DNA of 64,000 bases from a virus (Duplodnaviria; Caudoviricetes), in IMG/VR virus record IMGVR_UViG_3300028886_000059, positions 1-64,000 of that record; one strand, 5' to 3'. Shown here piece after piece: positions 19,251 through 30,100 of the stretch. Under the pieces are notes generated by a model, which made no database searches, had not been told where the DNA came from, and was given only the letters and a program-made list of their open reading frames with translations. Each line of letters starts with the position of its first letter. Within the stretch, counting starts at the first letter, position 1. The translations under genes and the position numbers were made by a program.

Positions 19251-22200
19251 TTATTGTGTATAACCGTAATACCATGTTCCGTTATAGAAGGTGTAGATAT
19301 GCCAAAACTCCACAGCAGTAAAACTGGATGGATTGTCACCGACCATCGTATGACTTGCGCTGACACTGACAGTTCCACCGTTTTTATTTCTCAGCCATAT
19401 CTCCCTTCCATCTTCAGGGCTTGATGGGAGTGTTACGCTTTGGTCTCCGCTTCGCGTGAACACTATCTTCTCGTCAGAATCGCCAACGCTATACGATGTG
19501 CTGCTTGTTTCCTTCACGTTGACAACACGCCTGCCGCTATTCTTGATGCCTACCGTCTTTGTCATCTTCTTATTGTCGATACCTTCAACGATAAGCGCGA
19601 ACACGGTATCATCATTGATTTTGTTTGCAGTTCTGAGCAGTTGCGTTACGCCTTGGATTTCAACTTCACAGTTTCCATAGATTCCCCTAAAAGAACTTGT
19701 TGCAGTAATCTGCTCGATTCGCAGGATTGCGCCTCTTTGCGTATAGCCATACAAATAATCTGCTCGACCACTTGTGAATGCGGTTCCGCTATCCATATAC
19801 AAGCCAAAGGCATTGTTCTTTGCATAGGTAAACGAACCGTCATCAGCAGGCACTGATAGAGTTCCGTTAAAACTTCCTGACGTAGCCCTGATAGCACCGC
19901 TGATGTCAACATTCGACGCGACCAAAGAGCCGTCTTTCAACACACCGAACTTGGAGCCTATCGTAAAGCGCAGGGTTGTACGACTTGACCCGTTGATGGT
20001 AGCCGTCATGTCTGTAGTGGCAAGGAACATACTTGAATCGGAGCCTATAGTACCGCTATGTATCTTCTGTGACTCTATAGTCCATCCGCTTGTGCCTCCG
20101 ATATATCCTGCCGTTGCCGTGACAGTTCCGTAAATCGTAACCGCACCGCCTGATGAAATCTTCAAAGTGTCATTTGTACCGTCACTGACAACAAAATTGC
20201 CTGATTTAAAGTCTATCTGCTCGGCATACATACTGATTTTTGCGCCAGTGAAATCAATCGTACCTTTTGAACTTCCGCTTCCACTACCTGATAACGTCAG
20301 TGTCTTACCTGAATTTATGGTAATGGATGAACTTGCAGATATAGTTAGTGATGCACCACTTATTGATAATGATGAACCCGAATTAAGGGTCATGGAAGAG
20401 CCCGATTTTACGATAACACTGGCACTACCTTCAATTTCTATCGTTCCACCGCTCAATGAAAGTTCGCCAGCCGATGATACCGTAAATGTATTGCTTGCGC
20501 TTATGCTAACGGTCTTTCCATCCAATATTAGCGCATCTGCATTGATTTTGGCCGTATCTGCTGTTAGAACAAGTCTCGTTTTGCTGTCATTACCAACACT
20601 AAAATTAAGACCACCTTTCCAATCATATTGCTGAGTAGTGCTATTATAAGTATAATAACCAAACCCGAAGTTGTTTGAAGCATATCCCTTTGATATAACA
20701 AGCCCTAATCTGCTTGATAATGGCTGGCCGTCATTGGTTTCGACATCTTCGATGAATGCGCTGATAAGGTCGTTACGAAGCACCACGCCGCTGTTTCCAA
20801 CTGCTGACTTAAAGCTGTTGGTTGCAGAGAATGATATGTTGTCACCGCTCATGCTGACGGTAGCACCAGTAAAATCAATGCTTCCGCTGCTGAAACTCAA
20901 AGTCTTATTGGATGCTACCTGTATATCGCCTCCGTTGATGGTGACTTTGCTTTGAGAAGTTCCAAGCGCAATCGTCTTACCAGCGAAAGTGATTTGGTCT
21001 GCACCAAGAGACACCGTAGCGGCAGTTAAATCAATCGTCTGACCTGTATATGTCAACTGACCTGCATTCAAGGTAAGATTTGCAGCCGTGAGGTCTATCG
21101 ACCTTCCGCTATAGGTTAATTGGTCTGCATTAAGAGATATGGTTGCAGCCGTCAAGTCGATGGTTCGCCCTGAATATGTAAGCTGGTCGGCATTGATGGA
21201 AAGGTTTGCCGAAGTCAGGTTCAGCGTCGAAGTCGCAGACAGGTTTATCGTACCGCCTGTTATTCCGATGGTCTTTCCAGTCAGCGTAAGAGTACCTGAT
21301 TCTATCTGCATATTGTCGGCATCCATCTGTACGGTTGTTCCCTTGAGGTTTACCGTGCCGCCGCTGATAGACAGCGTACTGCTTGCATTGAGGCTGATGG
21401 TCTTACCGTTGAAGTCGATGTTGTTCTGAGCATCCACCTTGAAATCGCTCTTGACCACGGTAGTATCGGCAGCAAGCACAAGTTTGGTGTTTCCGTTGTC
21501 GGTCTCGAACTTCAATCCCTGCTTGAACACGCCGCCTACATAAGTGCCGAAGGAGAACTCGCCAGCCGCCTCGTTCGTCTCTTTCCTGATGACCATTCCG
21601 ATTTGCTGCTGGAATACCTGTGTACTCGTATCGCCGCTTGCCAGTGTTGCCGACGTGCTGATATTGAACGAATACCGCTTTTCGCCACCTATCTTATGCC
21701 AGCTTGACCAACTGTTACTATCATTTGACAGCCTTGTGCGCATATAAGTGTCACCCGACTGCCTGATGTTGTGGATGTCGGATTCAGACGGGTTGCTTAT
21801 GGCAGAATACTGGGCAATCAGTTCTACCGCATTGCTTCCAGTCACCATTAAATAACGTGTATTATTAATGGTATAGGACTGGCCGCTTGAGTTCCATGTC
21901 TTCTGTTGTACCATTTTCCAAAGGTACGGCTTCGATGACGTGGGGGCAACAGGTATGTCAGACCATGATGAAATATCACTCGGTGCTGTATTTGCGTTGG
22001 CAGATGAATTATACTGGCTGATTCCGTAGCAAATAGTGGTCTCGTCGCCCCTTTCTCCAGTCACCAAGAACCAGTCGCCCCAATCGCTATCGTCATCGCC
22101 CTTTATGCGCATATATATGTCGCCCGACTGCCAGCTGTCATGTATCGCTGCACCGCTCGGCGTTGTAGCAATAGAAGCCGTGAACTGCGCACGGACACCC

Positions 22201-25200
22201 TTTCCAGTATCGGAACCAGTCTTTAGGCGAATGTATGTTGTAGATGCGATATTCTCCCCGTCAAATGTCTGAGTGCGCATCCACATATAGGGGTATGATG
22301 ACGTGGCGTTAATCGGCGATTCCGACCAACTGCTGTTCTTGCAGCCTGTAGGCGCATCCTTTCCGCTGATACCTACCATCGTATTTATCAGCAGCTTCGC
22401 CAGTCCGCTCTCCACGTCAAACATCGTGTCGCCGACCTTGAATCCGATATTGGAGGCATCAATCTTCACCGTGCCGCCTTGGAAGTCCAGCAATGCGGCC
22501 TTTGCCTGAATGGTGTTGGCTACGACATTGACAAGGCTTGCATTCATCTCCACATTGTCGGCTGTAAGGTTCAGCTTGCTGTAGTAGGTGTTTGAGCCCT
22601 CCTTCACCAGTGCCAACTGGATAAGTCCTGCCGTAGTCCACGTATTTGTGTTCGGGTCATAGACATCGACATACAAACCGCCAGTAGTGGAATCAAGTTT
22701 CAGCGAACTGCTCGTTCCCTGCTTCCTGTTCCTGACCTCTGCCTCTATCTGTGTGCCAAGGTTCTGAATCCTCGCCGTCGTGCCTGTTGCGGCATCAGCC
22801 CAGTCACTTATGCTTGGCGTTCCAGTCTTGCCCTTGCTTCTGATACAAATAAGCTGGTCGCCTGCCCATGTCGGGTCGCCGTTCTGCCATGACGCGCCCT
22901 GACTGTTCCACACGGCATTCATCCACAAGTCACCTTCATCATAGGGAACTGGTGGAAGTTCGTTAGCGTTCGTAGAGAACACCCGCTTCTTTTCGTTGGC
23001 GGTGTCCTGTGCATCATCTGCCCTCTCCTTCGCATCGTCGGAAAGTGCCGTCAGAAGTGCCGTTCTTGCGGCATAGAACACTGACCACAGATGCCTCCAG
23101 TATTCGCCGCCACTAAGCTGCGTGCCGTTGACCGTGCCGCCTGTCAGCGTCTCGGTGTTGTCCTTTCTTGCCTGATGCAGCCAAAGCGGAATCCTGTCTG
23201 CGGCATTGATGACCGAATATGTCGGGTCGCTTGTCTGCTGTGTCGTCGGGTCTGTGTACCACGTACCGTTACTGCCGTTAAGATAGGTGGCAATGTCACG
23301 GAAAGCGGTCTTGTAAGGATTCAGGTAGCTGCTTACGATGGTGGAGTTCAACGGCTGGTTGTTATTGTCATAGCACCTGTCGATAAGCCCGCCGTCAGCG
23401 TCACGCTCACGCCACATCTCAACGAACTCACGGCGCACGACCATCTTTTCCGTCGGGTCTAACACACCATCATCAGCGATGTAGTCGAGCCTTTCATGCG
23501 CCTCGTCAGTCTTTGCCTTTGCAGCGGCTTCGATGGCCTTCAACAATGCAGAACGCGCACTTGCATAAGCCTTCCATCGTGCTCGGTATTCGTTCTTGAC
23601 ACCATCCAAGGTGCTTTTCACGTTGCCGTCAATGCCAGTGATACCGACATAATCCACCAAGTTAGTATCTACGTTCAGCGTCGAAAGCCATGCAGGTACT
23701 TCGTTTCCGCTCTTGATACTTGCGATATTCGTATCAGTGAAAGCGTTAAGCATGATGGCCAGCAGATTGTACTTCGATTCATAGTCGGAATAGAAGGAAT
23801 GGTATGCGTTGGCATTCTCATCCATGTCATAATCCTCGGCCTGTTCTATCAGTTTCAGGTATTCGGCCACGGTGTCCTGCCACTGGATAAGCAGTTCGCT
23901 CTTTTCCGTTCCCGCGCTGATGATGCCGTCATCACCGAAATTCTCGACCTTCTGCTTTGCTTCGTTGGCGGTGGCCACTGCATCATCTGCCGCCTCCAGT
24001 GCCGCGATGGTATCTACATCAGTAATCTCCACCCAAAGGAACTTTTGAAGTGTGGAGTCATACATCCACTGCCATGCACGGCCACCTACCCGCGTCGTGT
24101 TGTTGCGGCGAAGGTAGTAAATATCCTCAATGTGCAACTCCTGCTGGTCTGTGTTGTCAGCCAGCACGTCGGCATCGTGCCAGTCCTTTGCTGGGGTGTT
24201 CCAGTGCGTGAGGTCGCTTGAATTTGGCAGCGGGTCATCATCGTCGCCGTACCAAATGACAAGCTGTTTGTCCGTTTGGCTTCTGATACTGAGAATCTCA
24301 CCGCGCAATGCCGCAAGCTGTTCATCCAAGTTGTCGCCAGCGATATTGAAGAAGTCGCCCGATATTTTGTTCCGTCTTGGCGAAAGGTAGATAAGGGCAT
24401 TGTCATAGCTGTCAAGGTTCGGTGCTGAATTGCCGATAGAACTGAATCCCTCGTAGATGGCGAAGAATCCGCCGTTCGTTCCGCTGCCGCCAAGAACGGT
24501 TGCGCCCTGCCTGTCAGTCTGTGAGGCATTGCCAAGCTGTACCACTACATCACCTTCCTTCGGCGACGTGTTGTAAGTACCGTAGTTAAGCGTGATATAC
24601 CCCAAGTCGGTATCGACTGTTGAAGTCTCACCAGTCTCTTCGTCAACCACCGTTTCCGTCTTGATGCCAGCGTCAATGACCTGCCTCCAAAAATACCTGT
24701 TCACGCTTCCGCTGAGACCTTCATTGAACGTCATCATAAGCGCGAAGTCACCGACCTCGAAAAGATTGTGTATGGTCTGACCGTTGCCATCCCTTCTGCG
24801 GTAGTACAGCTTCCAAACGCCAGCATCCAACTCTTCATAGCTGTCAACGATGAGATTTGCCTTTGTAACGACCATCATGCCGCCAGTATGTCGGATGTGG
24901 TTGACATCTATCTGATTGAGGTGCGTCGTTCCGAGCACGGTAAGCGAGCCTATGGTCATGCTTGCGTCGCCGTTGCCGTCGATGAAGATGCCATGCCCGT
25001 TGATGCCGAGAATCAGTTCTTTCAGGATGGTAAGCGAATCCTTTATGACGCTTCCGCTTCCCATCAGCATTGAAAGCAACGGTATTGACGAGCCGCTGAC
25101 ACCGCTATTGTTCACTGCGCTGTCATTCGTGGCTGCGCCCCCTGCGCTTGTGCTGGCAGTCTCTATCTTGTCAGACATGCGGCCTATCAGACCCTTGCTG

Positions 25201-26738
25201 CTTTGGTAGTCGCCGACGGTATATTGCACCTCGCCAGTGATAAGGTCTTTCCTTACGCTTTTCACCACGCCGCCGCTGGCAGCTACACCGCCAAGTGCGG
25301 GCGCGTTGCCGTAAGTGGTGTATGTGAAACTGCTCTTGTCACGAGAATATGCAGCAATGGCATCGGTAGCGGCACGAAGAAGTTCCACCTTTGCAGTGGC
25401 CTCATAAACGCTGTCAACGGCCACGTTTACAAGCGTGACCTTGTTGTTTTTCAGGCTCATCGTACCGCCGTATGGTATGATGGACTCGCTGCTGGTAGAA
25501 GGGAGCATCATGCTACCGTCAACCTTGTATATGATACGGAACTCGCCGTGTGACGGCTGATAGCCGCCAGCCACATCGTCGGCATCGACTTCCTTTGCAG
25601 GGTTAAGCGCGTCGAAGAATACAAGTTCAAACTCACGGCCTACAAGAGGCTGTGGCAGCGCATCATCGGCATAGTTGGGCTGGAACAGAAGCGAAAGCGG
25701 CTGTCCTGCAATGATAAGGTTCTTGTCAAAGACATACGGCACAAGTTCCGTACCGTTCCAGTATGCCAGCTTGAAGTACCACAGTGAGTACTGCTTATAG
25801 ATGTTCACCGTGCCGCCTGTCTCTTGGTCGATTTCCTGCCTGTCAACAATCTTCTTTCCGTTCTCGTCAGTCAGGTACTTCCTTCTTTCATGCACATCGT
25901 ACATCCAAAGTTCCATCTTCGGGTAGATGTCATCGAAAACAAGGTCTTTCATTATCTTCGGCGAACCGCCGCCAAGGATGCTGTCACCATCAAGCATAAG
26001 CCTCTGCGTGACCTGCACGTTTTGGCCTCTGATGGTCTTTTTAGACATGTTCTTAGTACCGCCAAGGATTCTGAACGTGTTATACTGAACACCGCCGTCA
26101 GTGGCAGAGACGAGGCTTCCGTTCGTTTCCGTCACGCCGTCATCGCTTGTCTCTATCTCCCCGTAGTTCGGTGTCGTGACCTGTGATTCCAGTGTTCCGA
26201 ACTTGATGGTCTTTGTGCTCCAAATGAAGAAGTACTCGACACCGAAAGCATCGGCAATGCTTTTGGCGGCAGACTTGATTGTCGCACCGTCGAAGTTGAT
26301 GGACTTGATGACATTGTTCGACAGGCCAGCGGTATCGGCGTGCCAAGTGCCAAGTTCCGAATGGTCGGTAAGACATGCGGCAAGAGCATTGGTGATGGTC
26401 TCGATGTTGCCAGTGTACGGGTAGGTGGCAAGGGTAATATCCTCGTATGTGACATTCCCGCTTCCGTCAACGCCTGTTACCGCCTCCGTATTGAAATAGA
26501 AGGGCAGGTATTCAAGCTGTGCCAGCTTATGCAGGAACTTGACATTATAGCTGTAGTTGCCAACGGCCTGCTGCGTCGGGTAGTATTTTGAGAACAGTAT
26601 ATAATCTGAATCCAGCGGGCATTGCGTGCCGATTTCAAGCGGAGTGTTTTCCGTATCGTTCCACTCCATCTGAACGTAACCGCCGTTTTCGAGGTTCTCT
26701 TCCTTTACTATCGTATTGTATGCGTCGGGGAATGCCAT
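19251..26738 (-). CDS. tail tip/hub plus fibre protein
   Basis: 2495 aa after the distal tail gene; beta-helix-like tandem repeats near 20950-21450. Confidence 0.8.
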   Translation of the reverse strand: MAFPDAYNTIVKEENLENGGYVQMEWNDTENTPLEIGTQCPLDSDYILFSKYYPTQQAVGNYSYNVKFLHKLAQLEYLPFYFNTEAVTGVDGSGNVTYEDITLATYPYTGNIETITNALAACLTDHSELGTWHADTAGLSNNVIKSINFDGATIKSAAKSIADAFGVEYFFIWSTKTIKFGTLESQVTTPNYGEIETSDDGVTETNGSLVSATDGGVQYNTFRILGGTKNMSKKTIRGQNVQVTQRLMLDGDSILGGGSPKIMKDLVFDDIYPKMELWMYDVHERRKYLTDENGKKIVDRQEIDQETGGTVNIYKQYSLWYFKLAYWNGTELVPYVFDKNLIIAGQPLSLLFQPNYADDALPQPLVGREFELVFFDALNPAKEVDADDVAGGYQPSHGEFRIIYKVDGSMMLPSTSSESIIPYGGTMSLKNNKVTLVNVAVDSVYEATAKVELLRAATDAIAAYSRDKSSFTYTTYGNAPALGGVAASGGVVKSVRKDLITGEVQYTVGDYQSSKGLIGRMSDKIETASTSAGGAATNDSAVNNSGVSGSSIPLLSMLMGSGSVIKDSLTILKELILGINGHGIFIDGNGDASMTIGSLTVLGTTHLNQIDVNHIRHTGGMMVVTKANLIVDSYEELDAGVWKLYYRRRDGNGQTIHNLFEVGDFALMMTFNEGLSGSVNRYFWRQVIDAGIKTETVVDEETGETSTVDTDLGYITLNYGTYNTSPKEGDVVVQLGNASQTDRQGATVLGGSGTNGGFFAIYEGFSSIGNSAPNLDSYDNALIYLSPRRNKISGDFFNIAGDNLDEQLAALRGEILSIRSQTDKQLVIWYGDDDDPLPNSSDLTHWNTPAKDWHDADVLADNTDQQELHIEDIYYLRRNNTTRVGGRAWQWMYDSTLQKFLWVEITDVDTIAALEAADDAVATANEAKQKVENFGDDGIISAGTEKSELLIQWQDTVAEYLKLIEQAEDYDMDENANAYHSFYSDYESKYNLLAIMLNAFTDTNIASIKSGNEVPAWLSTLNVDTNLVDYVGITGIDGNVKSTLDGVKNEYRARWKAYASARSALLKAIEAAAKAKTDEAHERLDYIADDGVLDPTEKMVVRREFVEMWRERDADGGLIDRCYDNNNQPLNSTIVSSYLNPYKTAFRDIATYLNGSNGTWYTDPTTQQTSDPTYSVINAADRIPLWLHQARKDNTETLTGGTVNGTQLSGGEYWRHLWSVFYAARTALLTALSDDAKERADDAQDTANEKKRVFSTNANELPPVPYDEGDLWMNAVWNSQGASWQNGDPTWAGDQLICIRSKGKTGTPSISDWADAATGTTARIQNLGTQIEAEVRNRKQGTSSSLKLDSTTGGLYVDVYDPNTNTWTTAGLIQLALVKEGSNTYYSKLNLTADNVEMNASLVNVVANTIQAKAALLDFQGGTVKIDASNIGFKVGDTMFDVESGLAKLLINTMVGISGKDAPTGCKNSSWSESPINATSSYPYMWMRTQTFDGENIASTTYIRLKTGSDTGKGVRAQFTASIATTPSGAAIHDSWQSGDIYMRIKGDDDSDWGDWFLVTGERGDETTICYGISQYNSSANANTAPSDISSWSDIPVAPTSSKPYLWKMVQQKTWNSSGQSYTINNTRYLMVTGSNAVELIAQYSAISNPSESDIHNIRQSGDTYMRTRLSNDSNSWSSWHKIGGEKRYSFNISTSATLASGDTSTQVFQQQIGMVIRKETNEAAGEFSFGTYVGGVFKQGLKFETDNGNTKLVLAADTTVVKSDFKVDAQNNIDFNGKTISLNASSTLSISGGTVNLKGTTVQMDADNMQIESGTLTLTGKTIGITGGTINLSATSTLNLTSANLSINADQLTYSGRTIDLTAATISLNADQLTYSGRSIDLTAANLTLNAGQLTYTGQTIDLTAATVSLGADQITFAGKTIALGTSQSKVTINGGDIQVASNKTLSFSSGSIDFTGATVSMSGDNISFSATNSFKSAVGNSGVVLRNDLISAFIEDVETNDGQPLSSRLGLVISKGYASNNFGFGYYTYNSTTQQYDWKGGLNFSVGNDSKTRLVLTADTAKINADALILDGKTVSISASNTFTVSSAGELSLSGGTIEIEGSASVIVKSGSSMTLNSGSSLSISGASLTISASSSITINSGKTLTLSGSGSGSSKGTIDFTGAKISMYAEQIDFKSGNFVVSDGTNDTLKISSGGAVTIYGTVTATAGYIGGTSGWTIESQKIHSGTIGSDSSMFLATTDMTATINGSSRTTLRFTIGSKFGVLKDGSLVASNVDISGAIRATSGSFNGTLSVPADDGSFTYAKNNAFGLYMDSGTAFTSGRADYLYGYTQRGAILRIEQITATSSFRGIYGNCEVEIQGVTQLLRTANKINDDTVFALIVEGIDNKKMTKTVGIKNSGRRVVNVKETSSTSYSVGDSDEKIVFTRSGDQSVTLPSSPEDGREIWLRNKNGGTVSVSASHTMVGDNPSSFTAVEFWHIYTFYNGTWYYGYTQ

Positions 26739-26740
26739 AT

Positions 26741-27172
26741 CTATGTTCTGTTGTTAGGGTTGGGTTCTTCAAGTGAAAGCGTGAACTTCGCCATCTCCAT
26801 ATTGTAGATGGAGAAAGGCTGGCAGTCCACATATCGGAAATGATAGATGACGTTCGGCTGGTACTTCGTCTTTAAGTGAATCCATCCAGCATCAAGGATT
26901 TCACTACAGAATTTCCCGTACTTCGTGAAGAATGCCTCCTTCGTCTTTGCGACGATGTGCATCGGAAGGGATAGCGTGCGCACATCCTTGAGGTTCACGT
27001 TGCCGACGATGGCCGTACCGTGCATTGCCATGTTCTTGTTCTGAACAGGCTCCTTGTGGGGTGCAGGTGTCATAATCTTGCTTATACCCTCATCTTCCAG
27101 CGATACGCCGTATTCGTCAAAGGCATCTATCGCCACGTTGTTCTTGATGAAATACAAATCTCCGTGTGCCAT
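26741..27172 (-). CDS. distal tail protein (Dit-like)
   Basis: Position after the tape measure; ends LEEPNPNNR. Confidence 0.7.
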   Translation of the reverse strand: MAHGDLYFIKNNVAIDAFDEYGVSLEDEGISKIMTPAPHKEPVQNKNMAMHGTAIVGNVNLKDVRTLSLPMHIVAKTKEAFFTKYGKFCSEILDAGWIHLKTKYQPNVIYHFRYVDCQPFSIYNMEMAKFTLSLEEPNPNNRT

Positions 27173-27173
27173 A

Positions 27174-30100
27174 TCAAATCAAACCTGTTAGTTTACTGTC
27201 TATCGACCCTAAATGATTATCCAAGTGGTTCAGAATATCCCTGTTGGTACGCTTGATGTCAAGCAGGTACTCATTGCGCGTGACGGCCAGCATCCTGATG
27301 GATTCCAACTCGTCATTCTTCGGTGTAGAGATGCCCGACATGTTTTGCAGTACCGTAAGAATCTGCTGCCGAACGTCGTTGCCCTGCAAGGTGGCCTGCT
27401 GCTGTGCTACGGCTATTCCGAGGTAGGTCTCGAACTGGTCATAAGTGGCCTTGTCTGACATGTTCATCGTGGCCTTTTGGTCGGTGTACGACGTAGTACC
27501 CATCAGTTCATGGATGAGTTTCGCCTCGTCAGCATAGCCCTCCTTTGCCGCCGTGATAGCCTGACGCAGATTGTTAAGAAGCTGGGCGCGTTCCTCTTCT
27601 GTGTAGTTGCCGCGCATGATGCTGGCATACTGTTCCTGCCATTCTTCCAGCCGTTTGTCGAACTCGTCGCCAAGCACGAACCTGTCGATGAATGCTTCGG
27701 TAAGTGCCTGTGAAATATTGTCGGCGAACGTCTGTGCGTCAGATGTCATATCCATCAGTGCCGAGCGGAACGTGCTGCGCAGGTCGGCAATGGGATAATT
27801 AAGCTGCTCCAGCACGTCGGTAAGCCCCGTGATGTCGAAGATGTGCTGTGTCTGCTCCTGCATCTCCTTGGCCTGCAAGCCCCATTCCGTCGCAAGCCGC
27901 TGCATGGCCTCCGCCATTTCCTCCTCGCTCTTTCCGCTGTTCATAATGGCTTCATATTTCTGCTGGATGCTGTTCAGCCATGTGTCGAACTGCGAATTAA
28001 GGATGAATTTCTCCACAAGTTTCTGTGCAAGCAGTGTCCTGATGTCGGTCACGAAGTCCTTTGTGCCAGCACGCATATCCATCAGTGCGGAAAGGAAATC
28101 GTCACGCATACTGGTGATGGTATCGTCAACCTCCTCCTCAACGACTTCGGGAACATATTCAATCTGTGCCAGTGTGTCGAGCAACGGCTGGACGGCCTCA
28201 CCACACAGCTTTTGCAGTTCGATAAGCTGCTGGCGTATGCGTTCCATAGCCGCCGTGTCGCCTGCCTCCAGTGCGTTGTACCATGCCTCGTTGATGGCAT
28301 CCAACTGACTGCCGAACTGCTTTTCTATCAGCTTGTCAATCATCTGCTCGGTCATCTTCCGTGCTATATCCTTACCGAACTTGTCAGCATCGGCCTCCAT
28401 ATCCATCAGGGCAGAAACGAAAAGCCCGCGCAGGTCGCTGAATCCCTCCTTGGCCTCTTCCACGACTTCCTCCTTCACTTCCCTGAATATACCGAAAGCG
28501 TTAAGAATCTGCTCGGCTATGGGCTGCACTTCGTTGAATACGTCTTTCAGCTGGTCAAGATACGGCGACATTGCGGCTACAGCCGTCTGCCATGTGGCGT
28601 TTGCCATGTTCATTGCAGCGTCGAAAGCAACCTGCATTTGGTCGAGCAAAGGCTGAATCAAGGTAGGTATCAGCATTCCCTCGATAATCTTTTGCGCCAT
28701 GATGCGCCCGACGTTCTTAGCCCAATCGTCAGCCGTCATTTCCATATCCATCAAGGCAGAAGCCCATTCGCTTGCCATGCCCTTGAAGGTGGTGTCGCCG
28801 ACTTCTTCCTCAATGTCCTCGACCTTTTCCTCTATCAGACCGAAAGCATTCATAATGGCTTCGACTATCGGGCGAATCTCGCCGAACTGGTCTTTCAGTT
28901 CATTAATCTTTGGCAGCACGGCGGCAATTACGGAGTCTATCGTGCCACCGCTTGCGATTGCACCGTCAAAGGCAGACTGCAAGGCATCAAGATACGGCTG
29001 TAGCATCTTTGCAGCAACCATTTCCTCGATAATCCTTTGTGCCATCACGCGGCCTACGCTCTTCGCCCAGTCATCTGCCGTGGCCTCCATATCCATCAGC
29101 ATGGAAATCCAAGAATCGGTAAGGCTGGAGAATGTCGTATCTACCTCTTCTTCTATCTCATCCAAGTCTTCCTTGAATATTCCAAAGGCATTCAATATCT
29201 GCTGGACGATGGGCTGTAGTTCATCAAACCCGTCTTTCAGCTTTTCGATTTCGGGTGACAGTGCGGCAATGGCACTCTCCCATGTCGCGCCCTCTTCCGA
29301 CATCACCTTGTCAAAGGCATCCTGCAACTGGTCGAGCAAGGGCTGAATCATCTTAGCGGAAATCATCTGCTCGATGATACGCTGTGCCATCATCCTGCCG
29401 ACACTTTCAGCCCAATCGTCGGCTGTCGCCTCCATATCCATAAGGGTTGAAATCCAGTTGTCGGCCATATCCTTGAAGGTGGTATCTTTGACGGCATTGT
29501 TAAGGTTCAGGCGTTCACGAAGCTGCTGTGCGGCCTCGATGGTAATACTACGGGCTTGCACAAGTTCATCAAGCAGTGCGTCAATTATTTCTTGGTTGCC
29601 GCTTGCAACGGCCTCCATATACCGTTTGTTCCAGTCTTCAAGGTATGTGTCGAAATCGTCGAACGTCATGCCGTTGATGGTGAAAGGCACGTCAAGAACC
29701 TGTTTCTCCATCAAGTCCTGTAGCATGATGTTGTCCAGCCTTGTGCGGAAGCTGACGGCATCATCCTCCATATCCATAAGGGTGTCAAGGAAATCTTTTC
29801 GCAGGTCGCTGAACACAGACACCCGCTCTTCCTCCTGCTTTCCGATACCAAGGGCATCACGCATCTTCTGCACCAGTTCAGAAGCCTTTCCGAACGATTC
29901 CTCCATTTCTTTCAGAACCTCGTCAATGCTTTGCTGGCGGGCTGCGTCGGTCAGCGTCTCATTAGTAAGGAATCCAAGCAGCTGTTTGCCGAAATTCTCC
30001 ATCAACTCGCCAAGACCCATGCTTTCGATGATGGTCTTTTCCACCATTTCGCTAAGAAGCGTCTCACGTATCTTCCTACCCCATGCGTCTGCATCTGCAT